From Eledone cirrhosa (Eukaryota): DNA of 64,000 bases. The first letter of the stretch is position 1, and each line of letters starts with the position of its first letter. The notes below the pieces were generated by a model that saw nothing but the letters and a program-made list of their open reading frames with translations, made no database searches and was not told the DNA's origin. The stretch lies in contig OZ024742.1 of the NCBI GenBank assembly GCA_964016885.1, forward strand, positions 169,880,001 through 169,944,000. Direction: 5' to 3'. The position numbers and the translations under genes are program-made. Positions 38,915 through 50,636 of the stretch are shown here, in pieces.

Positions 38915-39378
38915 TGTATGTAATTTGCTCTCTTCCCCCTCTCTCAATATATGTAATTTGCTCTCTTCCCCCTCTCTCAATATATGTAATTTGCTCTCTT
39001 CCCCCTCTCTCAATATATGTAATTTGCTCTCTTCTCCCTCTCTTAATATATGTAATTTGCTCTCTTCCCCCTCTCTCAATATATGTAATTTGCTCTCTTC
39101 TCCCTCTCTCAATATATGTAATTTGCTCTCTTCTCCCTCAATATATGTAATTTGCTCTCTTCTCCCTCTCTCAATATATGTAATTTGCTCTCTTCCCCCT
39201 CTCTCAATATATGTAATTTGCTCTCTTCCCCCTCTCTCAATATATGTAATTTGCTCTCTTCCCCCTCTCTCAGTATATGTAACTTTCTCTCTTCTCCCTC
39301 TCTCTCTCTGTATATAACTTTCTCTCTTCCCCCTCTCTCACTGTATGTAACTTACATTCTCCCCCCTCTTAATATATA
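38915..39378. repeat. 33-bp satellite (taatttgctctcttccccctctctcaatatatg), homogeneous
   Basis: 11-aa periodic ORF; same unit family as 31535-32084. Confidence 0.95.
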
Positions 39379-39478
39379 GATAATTATGTTTAATTAGAAA
39401 GTGAACAACACAATATATAACTACTTATTACCAACGGTTTCAGGACCCTAGACAATATAGATAATTATATATAGATAA

Positions 39479-39720
39479 TCTATACATAATATAAAAGAGA
39501 GATGTTTGTTGGTTGGTTCCTTCGTGCACCACACAAAAACGAAAACTGACAATCGAAAAGTAAGTATAGCAATGGAATAAGGAAAGCTTTTGATACTAAT
39601 TTTATAAAATCAAAGAAGAAAAACATCCCGGGTGTGGTAACCAGCCTGACTGCTTTGTCTAACAGGTTGGGAATCAACTATTAGGGATTCTCTCTGCGTG
39701 TTCGTTGTCAGTGATGCATC
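39479..39720 (+). mobile_element. Helitron 5' fragment
   Basis: A|TCTATACATAATATAAAAGAG; reverse-complement homolog of 31290-31532. Confidence 0.75.
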
Positions 39721-40239
39721 TACATTTTTTGTTAATAGTTAGTTCGTCAAAGTTCTTTTGTCACACATTCTGTGACCTTCTCAATAACTATCTCATTTCC
39801 TCCTTATAACGAAAAAAACTTGGACGAATTAATAACTAATAATAAACCTGAAGAGAAAAACAAATCGTGCAACATGACTATCCCCAAATATAACAATATC
39901 TGTTTCAACATAATTTCACATCAAGAACCTTGCAAAATACACACTTTTGTGTGTGTGGCGGCGAATTGATAGCGCCATCAGAACATAAGATAGAATGCTT
40001 TGCAGTATTCATTGTCGGAAGCGTAAAGCGAGTGGACGTCCCGTGAGGTAGGTGTGTTACTCTTTGCCCCATTCACAACACTCACTCTCTATCCTTCTCT
40101 GGAAGAAATCTGTTGTGTTCAGACTTGGAGCAGGGGTGCGCTCTGCCAGATTTTAAAATGCTCAAGAATGCATCAGAATTTACGGGTCCATAACACACCC
40201 ACACACATATTGGCTCAAAGGGTAAATTTTTATTATTAC

Positions 40240-40445
40240 ACCTGTCACCGAGATGGATGTAATAGTAAAAAAAAATATTTTAAGGGTAGTTAGTTGATAG
40301 TTTTAGAGTTTATGAAGGTGAAATTTCTATTCTAACTATGATTTTCGATGTTTGAATGAAATATGGCCTTGAAAACTGTCGTAAATTGTTCGTTTTCTGT
40401 GGTTTCCCTACCCGAGAACTTTATAATACCTGTCTCGGAGAAAGG
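40240..40445. repeat. Unclassified dispersed repeat, inverted homolog of 24680-24850
   Basis: Shared aaattc.a..aaactatcaa.taacta / acagaaaacga.caatt.acgac blocks. Confidence 0.55.
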
Positions 40446-40857
40446 GTATAATAAAAAAAAAATAACCTTTATAAATAGGAGCACATACACTAACAACGAT
40501 AGTTATACAAGTAGCGTGTACATAAACATTGAAATCAATATATATATTCAGACGTAAACAAATTAGCATATACAAACAAATCAAATCATATACGTAGAAA
40601 CGTTAATTTGCTTGTACAAGCGTATATGCTTTAACCATTCAAGCATGTATTTAAAGGAAACCAACAGGAATATACATATAACCACCCACAGAGATCATAA
40701 CACACACACACACCTAACTTCATACATGACACTACTATAGCTTAAGCAAACATTGCTATGTGACATTTAAGTATTTCTTCAGTCTATCTTACTGATTTAA
40801 AAACATTACTCACAGGTGACTGTGATTGTCTTACAAGCAGTTATGGTATTCATTAAT

Positions 40858-41048
40858 TATTTCTACTTTTGGCACAAGGCCAGCAATTTGAAGGGGAGGT
40901 GAAAGTCGATTAAATGAACCCAGCGCGTTACTGGTACTTTATTTTATCGACCCCGAAAGGATGAAAGTTATCTAACCTCGGCGGGATTTGAACCCAAAAC
41001 GTAGAGGGATGCAAAGAATTTTGTCCGCCGCTCTACCAATACTGCTTT
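40858..41048 (-). mobile_element. Family-1 SINE
   Basis: Core and tail motifs. Confidence 0.85.
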
Positions 41049-41053
41049 AGTAA

Positions 41054-41503
41054 TCTCCTTATAATATATAACCAGCAATTTCTCTGTCTGTCTGTCTGTC
41101 CGACAGTGGAAACACGTGTGCGCGTGCGAATGTTTTTTGCGCACGCGTAGAGAGAGAGTGAGAGTGAAAGAAAGAGACAGACTATGAGAGGGGGATAGCG
41201 GGAGGGAGAGAGAGTGAATAGACGCTAAAACACGTGCGCGCGTGCGAATGTTTTTTGCGCACGCGTAGAGAGAGAGTGAGAGTGAAAGAAAGAGACAGAC
41301 TACAAGAGGGGGGATAGCGGGAGGGAGAAAGGGGGGAATTGAGGAGTGCTACAGAAACATATATACATTTCTGTGTGTGTGTAATATATATATATATATA
41401 TACACACACACAGAAATATATATATACACACACAGAAATATATATACATTTCTGTGTGTGTAATATATATATACACAGAAATATATATACATTTCTGCGT
41501 GTG

Positions 41504-41550
<47 letters not shown>

Positions 41551-41626
41551 GAAATATATATACATTTCTGCGTGTAATATATATATATACTAGCAGAAAA
41601 CCACCCGTTGGGCGGTTTTCTGCTAG
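41054..41626 (+). mobile_element. Non-autonomous Helitron (family A terminus)
   Basis: A|TCTCCTTATAATATAT start; ~75-bp internal duplication (41110/41228); palindromic end 41590-41626. Confidence 0.75.
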
Positions 41627-42527
41627 TCTATATATATAAAACTGAGGATGTCTGTCTGTGTGTGTGTGAGTTTGAATCCCTAAAACTCGAGAAACATCCA
41701 ACCGACTGTTTTCAAACTTTACACACATAATACTTATGTTTCAGGGAGTGTTCTGAGCCAAAAAATTCAAATTTTCAATGCCCTAGGGACTGCATTAGGC
41801 AATTTAGCGATCTCTCTCTATAATTCTTAGTCTTTCTCTTTTTAGGTAGATACATACATATAACGTCTCGCCCTTATAATATCTGTCTGGCTGTCTGCAT
41901 TACGTCACTTCCCTGAGGATGTGTATGTATGTCTGTGAGTTTGAATCCCTAAAACTCGTGAAGTACCCAACCGATTTTTTTCAAACTTTACACGTGTATT
42001 ACTTATGTTTCAGGGAGGGTTATGCACATAAAATTCAAAAAAATTCAACCTTTTGATCTCTTAGGGGGTCCGCATTAGGTGAAAAACTGCGTTTTTTAAG
42101 CTTTTAAGGGTTTTTTTGAGGCGTTACGTCAGACCGATTTCCTTGAAATTGTAACTATGTATTAGTCTCTTCTTCATACCGTGAGCAAAGAAAATCCAAC
42201 TTTTTTTTTATGGCCTAGGGCCCGCATTAGGTGAAAAACTTCATTTTTTCAGCTTTTTAGGGCTTTTTGGAGGCGTTACGTCTAGCCGATTTTCCCGAAA
42301 TTTCAAGGCATATTATGCACATAAAAAAATCTAAGGCCCGCATTAGGTGAAAACCTACATTTTTCCTGCTTCATCGAGGTAAATCTTTAAAATTATCCAG
42401 CCATCAGGGTATTCGGTTTGTTTTCTTTACATATTGTCCTGGCATGCAATTTTCTCCACGATTAGGTCTGGTGGCGGTCCGCGTTCCAAAATACCTTATC
42501 CCGTGCAACGCCGGGTACCACTGCTAG
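41627..42527 (+). mobile_element. Non-autonomous Helitron directly abutting the previous one
   Basis: TCTATATATATAAAA start; internal duplications; cccgtgcaacgccggg hairpin then CTAG|T. Confidence 0.85.
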
Positions 42528-43939
42528 TACATGATAAAACCATCTGGTTAGCTACATTAGAAATTGGATAATTTTATTTATTTCATGTAATTTAATTCCT
42601 CACAGAACATTAATTCGGATTGTGAATAATGAATGATGTTTATTTCTTGTGTAAATAGTATATTTTTCATTTCATTGAAAGAACGCATGTTGAGGGAAGC
42701 ACAGTAGTTTGAACATTGTTAACCCCTTAATGACCATATTTCTAATGAAATAATTTTGAAAATTCAAACGTGAATTACACCAATGGAATTAACTTTGGGA
42801 TTTTCAAGGATAATTCTAATATAATTTGTGTTTGTGTTGACGGTAGATTCAGCAAAATCCGATGCTTATTTTGCCATCAAGATTATAAAACATGATAAGG
42901 ATTTAATAATGTAACTAACTTTCTCATTGTTAAGCTGGTTTTTTGGAACGTAAATGTTTTTTTTTTCCATAAAATTATAACGGAAGGTTTTTAGATAAAT
43001 ATAAACCCTTGAAAATAAACAGTTTTGTATCCTAGAACTAGGGGTGTTTTCGGGTAGTTTTATTTCAGAATTAGATCTATTTCACTTACATCGGAAAGGC
43101 ACGGACATCAACAAATCTCATTTTCTCCTCATCCACAATTTTTAGGTATCATAACAGTAGATGGAATGTTTATAGTCGTTGTGATGAGACAGGTGAACAC
43201 CGTAAAGGGGCCTCTACATTGTCACACGATCCGCTAGAAACTGCAGCCATATTCCCTTCAAATCATACCCTACCATCTTTAAAATGATATATTTAGTAAT
43301 CTAATATTAGATTCACAGTCTGACCAAAAAAAAAACAGAGAGAGAAATAACAGGTCACCGCTAGATCATAGATATACTTGCTCGATTAGGATTGGAAAAT
43401 TGCAATAAATTCTGACGTGCAGGGTCAAATTGAGCCCTTTCGAGACCCTAAGCACTGACAATTTATGGTACCGCTACATACTGTATATGAAACAAATCTT
43501 TCTATTATTGTACTGGAAAAATACCCAATTGGGCTCCTCCGTATTTGAGGCCTTAAAAACGTTTATTTGGCTTAATGGCGAATCTAAAGCTGGTGACATG
43601 TTTTATTTTCCTGTCGTATTTGCTATTTCCACTTGCTGATGATTCACCATTTTCCATTACAACACCACTTCATCAAAGTCAATAAATCTGATTGATTACT
43701 CATTGATAGATAGCATTGGTTTATCATTAGTGATGGATCTGAAGTGTGAAAATATACTTTAATAAATAATTTTCTCAGCTCAATTCGCACCATATTTCAT
43801 TTATCCAGGGGTCTTTCAACAAACTAAGTCATTAAACAAACGTCGGACATTTTAGAGGAAAACTCCAGTATCTCTTGTGCCGCGTGATTGAGTGTACCCC
43901 CTCTTCTCCCAATTTGTCCCCACCCTTTTTTTTAAATAT

Positions 43940-44055
43940 ATAATTGTTTCTACTTTAGACACAAGGCCAGCAAATACCCAGTGCATTACTGGTACTTTAT
44001 TTTATCGACCCCGTAAGGATGAAAGGCAAAGTCAACCTCGGCGGGATTTGAACTT
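43940..44055 (-). mobile_element. 5'-truncated family-1 SINE
   Basis: Core and tail motifs. Confidence 0.85.
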
Positions 44056-47000
44056 ATAATATTTTCTAATATGTATTGTGTTTATTTGTATTCATTTTAT
44101 TGCAAAAAACATTTTCAGTTTTCTTAATGTAAAAAAAGTGTCAGAATAAACAAAACAAAATCATTTTAATAGATATTTTGGAAAAAAAAAAAAAAAAATA
44201 AGGGTCTTTCTTTAAGAAGAATGTGGTAGTGTTGATCTAAGTGGTGGTCTGTGTTCAAATTCTACCTAGATCAATTTTCCCTTTTATCCTTCCGTTGTTC
44301 GACAAAATAAAGTACATGTTAAGTTCTAGAATCAATTTAATTAACTGTATCATCTCCTAAATTTGTGATCTTAAGAACGATTAGAGCGCCAGACAAAATA
44401 TCTTTAGGTATTTGTTTCGGTTTTTAACGTTCTGAGTTCAAATTTCACTGGTGTCCATTTTGGCTTTCTTTCTGGGGTCGGTAAAATTAAAGTGTCTCAA
44501 GCTCGGAAGCTCATTAGGTTGATGCTTGTCCGGTTTCCTTGGCGTTAAGCAACAGAGTACAAGATTTCCTCTAGACAAGACGCTAGTCCATTGCAGAGTT
44601 AAATTTCCAGCTACTGCTGGCACTCATTATCAGCTGAATATACGAGAGCAATGTGTTTTGCACAAGAACACAATGCAGAACCCGGTCCAAGAATCAAACC
44701 AACGACATGATTGTAAATGCAATACCCTAGCCATTAGGACAGTCAAATACTGAAATCAATATTTGTTTCCCCTCCCCTCTCAAATTTTTGGCCTCGTGCC
44801 TATGTTAGAAACGATGATTTTTGTAAGAAATCGTTATTTTGGCAGCGGATATGGCCAAGATAGTACAACTGGAGTTTTTTTTTAGTCATTTAGTTTGGTG
44901 GTGTAGACACAGCATAGCTAAATGGTTAAGAGGTTTACTTTGCAATCATTAGGTCCCGAGTTCGATCCCATGGCCTTGGGTTGATCTAGTTTTTGTGAAT
45001 GAAACTGGGTAGATAGAAACTGCTTAGAAGCTCGTTGGATGGACAGTACCTGTAATTCAAAGGGCCAGCATTGTCACACTGAGTCTCCCTGAGAATTACG
45101 CTAAGGATACATTTGTCCTTGGAATGCTCAATCGACGAATACGTTAATTTCATGAGCGGGCTGTTCCATTGATCGAACAACTGGAACAATCTCTGTCGAA
45201 ACCGACGGAGATCCATTCCAGCCCGGGGATTTCATTTTATTAGGTTAAATTCTATCAGTTATCATTGGGAAGTGATATGATGGTCCTTCGTCTTGCAGTT
45301 TTCGACACATTTATTAAATAAATTTCAGGCATATATCCAATTATTCAGTTGTTTAAAAAAAAAAAAAAAGAAAAAAAAGCTAGCTTGATTTAGTAGTTGT
45401 AAATTTTAGGTGAATAAACACCGCGAACCGGTTTCGATTCTGCTTGTAGCCTTATCATTTCGATAATTTCCTTGACAGAGACAGCGAATTGGAATGTAAA
45501 TCAGTTTAAATTCACTGTTGTGTGGTTTATTTAATTTCGATAATTTCCCCGATAAAGGCGTGACTGTCACTGCAATTATTTTCCGCTGCCCCCTTATAAA
45601 TAAATTTAAAGGCTTATGCCTGTGCAATGAATGAATAAATAAATAAATAATCAACACTGGTTTGTTGTAATTGTTCCATGGTATGTAACTCCTTTTCGTT
45701 GGCCAGGACTGAGGACTGCAACACCATGTCACCTCCACAGTAGTAGGAGCTAATAGCAGCACTATAAAAACTCCACCTTATGTAGAAGTATTCAGGCTTC
45801 GTCGGTCCGGATCGTAGAAGTGTTAGTATTTCAGCTCCCAGAAAAAAGGGGAAAAAACGTGGACCTGTTTTATATTTATTAGAATTTACGAAATAATCTG
45901 TGAAGATAGGAATATACATGTTAGTTTTATCTCACGGTTAGTAAATTCTAGCCCAGATAACGCCACATTTTGTTCAGCATCGTGTCGTTTTATGTTTTCA
46001 AAACAAACCATGCAACAAGAAGCTAACTCATGTATGTATCGATTTCTCTCATGTTTCCTTTTCAATATTTTATTTTCTCTTATCACGACTAAGTTATTTA
46101 TTATATATTTTGATAGTGTACCTATAATATTAGCTACATACACACATTTACAAAAAAACAGAGTTATATATTATTGTACTTTCACAAATGTCTTGTGCAT
46201 GATAATGAATGTGCGAGGAGATTTGTTTGTTTGTTTTTAAGGCACTGTTAGGCATAACTATCAGCTATCCTTCCTTATTCTTCTTGACATTCCTTTCCTC
46301 TGTAGCCAGGCACCAAATTATTGATTTGCCAGTCATGGAGATACTGAAAACATTCGTTCTCCCACTTGTTTCACAAAACACCATCATAATGATTACTCTG
46401 AGAGAAACCCCCTCCTTTTTTTTCATTCTTGCTTACTTGCTAACTAATATTTCCCATTTCTAATATTTATTTTGCTCGATTATCTTTGTCATATATGACA
46501 TTAGATTTATTTAAACTTTAATTTTACAGCTATTATCTCACATTTTCTTTTTCTTTGATATTTCATACAAACAGATCTCCCTCCCCCCACATATTTCGTT
46601 TCAATGAACATTGCCTTTTTTTCAAAAAATATAATCCGCTTTCAAATCTCTATACATCATAGTCACATTTAAAATATTTTAAAATATTTAATGAGTTGAA
46701 GAGAATCAACTCCACGCCTCAGTAGTTCTGTGAGTATGCTTGGTTTGTTCTGTTGCGTTGTTTTGTTATCACAAGAAATGGCGTTAGAATTTTACAGTAG
46801 CTCAACTCCTTAACCCTTTCCTTGTTTCTAGTGTAATAAATACACTCTATTTCAATTAATTAACGAAGAATTCTAAGGGGTTTACTAAAATTATTATTTC
46901 ATTACCAAGATAGTAACTTAACACATAGGGTTGTTATATAAAATTATCTTGATAGATTTTAATTTAAATAGAAACCTTTTAAAATAGGTGGTTTTTGTTT

Positions 47001-48169
47001 CAGCGAACCAGAGCCTGTTTATAAATATAGGTTTATATAGGCTTGTTAGCTAATAGTTTTAGATTTTTTAGATTTTATAAAAAGAATTGTTTATCAAAGT
47101 TTTCTTTTAAAATACATGTGATATTATGTGATAGTAATAGACACTTTAAACCTGATGTTATTTGATGTCTAGCGGGGTGGGGGTATATTTAATAGTAGTC
47201 TACTGCTGTAGCTACCCACCACTATAGTGTAGATGATACTTATAACATCCCTATACATATGACATGCTTTTCACAACTCGAGATACTTAGCTGCTTTCTA
47301 TTCTTCATAATTCTACATGTGTTTGTGTATGAGTGTAGGTTTGTAGGTGTATATTTTTGTTTGTGTGTTTGTATGTGTGTGTGTTTGTATATGCGTGTGT
47401 GTATGTGTGTGTATATGTATATATATATATATATAAATTTTATTACGTCTTGATGGTGAGCCTTGTTACTCTGGAGTTTCGCCTAAACAGACGAAACTCA
47501 CTATTTAGCCATAATAAAATAAATATTTAAACTCTATTTCGGTATTGAATACTCATTTCTCTCAGACGTCAACCACATATGTGTGTGTTTACAATAAATA
47601 GGGAGCTACAGAAAAAAGTGTCAGTAGTGAGATAGATGTAGTTTATTTATCATTTGTTCCTCTCCTTTCGGTATCAAATATTTTGTTTGACATTCAAATT
47701 GACGTTAAATATTTCAATAATAGTATCAGCCATGAATTAATTATTGATTGATACCGTGATTTCTTTACTCGATAATCTCGTAGATTCAATATTTGATTTA
47801 TTTATCACCAGTCGGTGAAAACAATATTATGTTTGTGTTCATGTATATATATTTATATCTATTCGTTCCATACATAGTCTGTTCTAAGCCACTCTTGTTT
47901 ATATATAAAAATTAGAGGGGAAATCGTTTGTAGCAACAATGAATTTGCCAGGTATATTTATAATTTCTATAATTTCACAGAAAATAGAAGTTTATTAATA
48001 TCGTATTTTCAATATAATTTACCCAATACTAAACAAAAAAAAGTGGAGGTTGAGTCTACACCGCCGTACCCACAATCACAAGTCACATGGGGTGCTGGAG
48101 TTTCCTGTCATTTTTTAGGCTAGTCAATACACTCGCAATATTGCCGCGAACGTAATGACATTAATTTAA

Positions 48170-48436
48170 ATAAAGTACCAGTAATGCACTGGGTAATTGC
48201 TGGCCTTGTGCCTAAAGTAGAAACAATTAATTTAAATAAAGTTAAGGGCGGTGGATTGGCAGTATCGGTAGAAGGTCGGACGCTATGCTTTGACGCATTG
48301 AGTTACGGCCCTTGCCATTCTGAGTTCAAATCCCGCCGAGTTTAACTTTGCCTTTCATCCTTACGGGGTCGATAAAATAAAGTACCAGTAATACACTGAG
48401 GTAATAGCTGGCCTTGTGCCAAAAGTAGAAACAATT
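48170..48436 (+). mobile_element. Two family-1 SINEs (truncated then full-length) sharing one target sequence
   Basis: ttaatttaaataaag occurs before, between and after the two copies. Confidence 0.9.
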
Positions 48437-49544
48437 AATTTAAATAAAGATTGTCAGGTGGAAAATATGATTAGTCTTTATCATTAAGGGTTTATATGCA
48501 TTGCCCTCCCCCTCTCACTCTCTCTCTCTCTTTTCAACTAGATGAGTTATGTATGTAGAATAACAAACACATTTGAAGATTACGAATTCTTTTACCTGAG
48601 TTTCTCAACTATTTTATATAGTAATCAACTTATTATTATGGTCATTTGCGTTGGGACGCACACATTTCAAATTTTGCCAATTCCATTTAAGTCAACAGCA
48701 GCTTTGTGTATATTCTGATATATATATATGTATCAGAATGGATTCAGTTTGAAACTGGTTAGACCATTACTCACCAGAGTACTCGATGCTAGGGGTAGTA
48801 GAGTATGGTTATATTATAAATAGTTCCAGACCTTTTCTCAATCAAAAGGCCGGGAAGGAAAGAAGAAAAAAAGGGGGAAAGGAGAGAGGAAGAAAGAGAA
48901 AAAACAGGTAAATAGACCAGATAGTGGGGGGGGGGGGGGGCATAGGACAAGGGAATATGCAAGTGAGATCCGAGGAAAAAATAGAATAAAATAAATTATA
49001 GTGTACTGATTAGACGTAAGTCTAGGGGTGCGATAACAGGAGCCCAGTGTTACCGTGCCATCTCAGTCGAAGTGGCGAGAGAGACAGAACAACATATATA
49101 TATATATATATTGTGTGTGTGTCTATGTATATATACGTGTGTGTGTCTATGTATATATACGCGTGTGTGTGTGCTGGGTTGAAGATTTATAGGTATATAA
49201 ATGACATTTACTGAATATGGCGACTCCATACTTGTGGTAGGTTGAATCTTATTTTATGGGCCCCCCCCCCCCAAAAAAATGTGAAAGTACCTGTCACCAA
49301 CCATTCTTGTGGAAACTCTGGTTCCATTCTAAATCGTTGAATTCACCAGACACCGGTTTAATCTGTTATTTGGGCTTCATTTGTGGGATTAGGAGAATGA
49401 GTGAGATTCTACGTGTGTCTGGTAGAATCCAACCATTAATAATAGCACACAGTGTTTTTCCTGAGATGATTGGTGACATCAATACATCTTCAAACTACTT
49501 TCACTTTTTTTTTTTTTGCAGCCTAAAACAAGATTCAACATGTC

Positions 49545-49797
49545 ATGGAGGGGCCCACCAGCAATGGCCCTAGCAATTTATTTGTGTGCTCAGTGAGCTT
49601 TTTATTTTTAGGATGGTTAGAATTTTTGGATTTAATACCTGTATGTATAACTGTTCAATTCCAATTACTTGTGCCAAGCTGACTTTCATATGTAAAATTG
49701 GGGAGTTTGCTGTGTATTCTAATTTTGAGAGAGCCCCCCCCCCCCCCCCCCCCCCAAAAAAAAACCTGAAATGCCCCTTGGTCTAAATCCAACCCTG
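49545..49797. mobile_element. Partial copy of the hAT-like MITE at 26680-26985
   Basis: Shared internal sequence; right TIR taaatccaaccctg. Confidence 0.8.
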
Positions 49798-50445
49798 CCC
49801 CTACGACTCCATCAAGTGTTATATGGGTACCTGGTATCACATAGAAATGCATTGTACTTTTTTTTATTTTCATCAAACAGTCATGTGTGGGCTCCTTCAA
49901 TTAATATTGTTGAACAGAAGTATGCAATATGTTTATAAGAAAAAAAGGAACATTAAAAAGTATTAAAGTAAGTAAAAGAGAAGAGTGGAGAAACGCAACA
50001 CCCTTGGCTAGGGAGTATATCTCAGCTGCACCCTGCAGACAAGATAGTGAAAAAATTGCCACAAAGAACAGCCAATCCACCTCATGGGGCTCTTTCCTTA
50101 GGCAGGATAAACTCCTGACTTTGTGGATGAAAATGTCAGTCTGGGGGCTGAGGTCAGCGGAACTCTTGATGGAAACTGGCAAGAAAAGGAAGTGGTTGAT
50201 TGATCAAATCTTGGTATTTAGATATCTTAGGCTCCTCAGCATTACAGGTGGCAGTGCTGAGGTTTGTAGCAGAAGCAACAAGATTATAAATGGAAATTAT
50301 AATTTGTGACAAAAAGCACAAGGAAATAAAGTAGAAAGGATTTGTTCTAGAAAGAAAATTTTTTTAAAGAATATACTTCAATTATTAGAAATTTTTTTTT
50401 TAGGGTTTCTGTGAAAGGTTTCAGTGTTGTGACCTATCTTGTCAT

Positions 50446-50636
50446 AATTGTTTCTACTTTTTGGCACAAGGCCAGCAATTACCCAGTGCATTACTGGTAC
50501 TTTATTTTATCGACCCCGTAAGGATGAAAGGCAAAGTTAACCTCGGCGGGATTTGAACTCAGAATGGCAAGGGCCGTAACTCTATGCGTCAAAGCATGAC
50601 GTCCGACCCTCTACCGATACTGCCAATCCACTGCCA
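50446..50636 (-). mobile_element. Full-length young family-1 SINE
   Basis: Near-consensus sequence; TSD tgtcataat. Confidence 0.92.

Noticed and set aside
38763-39379. LRR-like periodic ORF (ICNLLSSPSLN)n
   Set aside because: 33-bp satellite also present degenerate and inverted at 31.5-32.1 kb
45728-45752. IRE-like hairpin (ctcca-cagtag-taggag)
   Set aside because: Non-canonical loop and upper stem needs a bulge; no gene context
48246-48340. tRNA-like A/B boxes
   Set aside because: SINE heads, not cloverleaf tRNA genes
49929-50309. 126-aa ORF and a TCC-TGA site resembling the antizyme +1 frameshift
   Set aside because: No recognisable domain; the +1 frame closes after about 28 codons and lacks antizyme motifs
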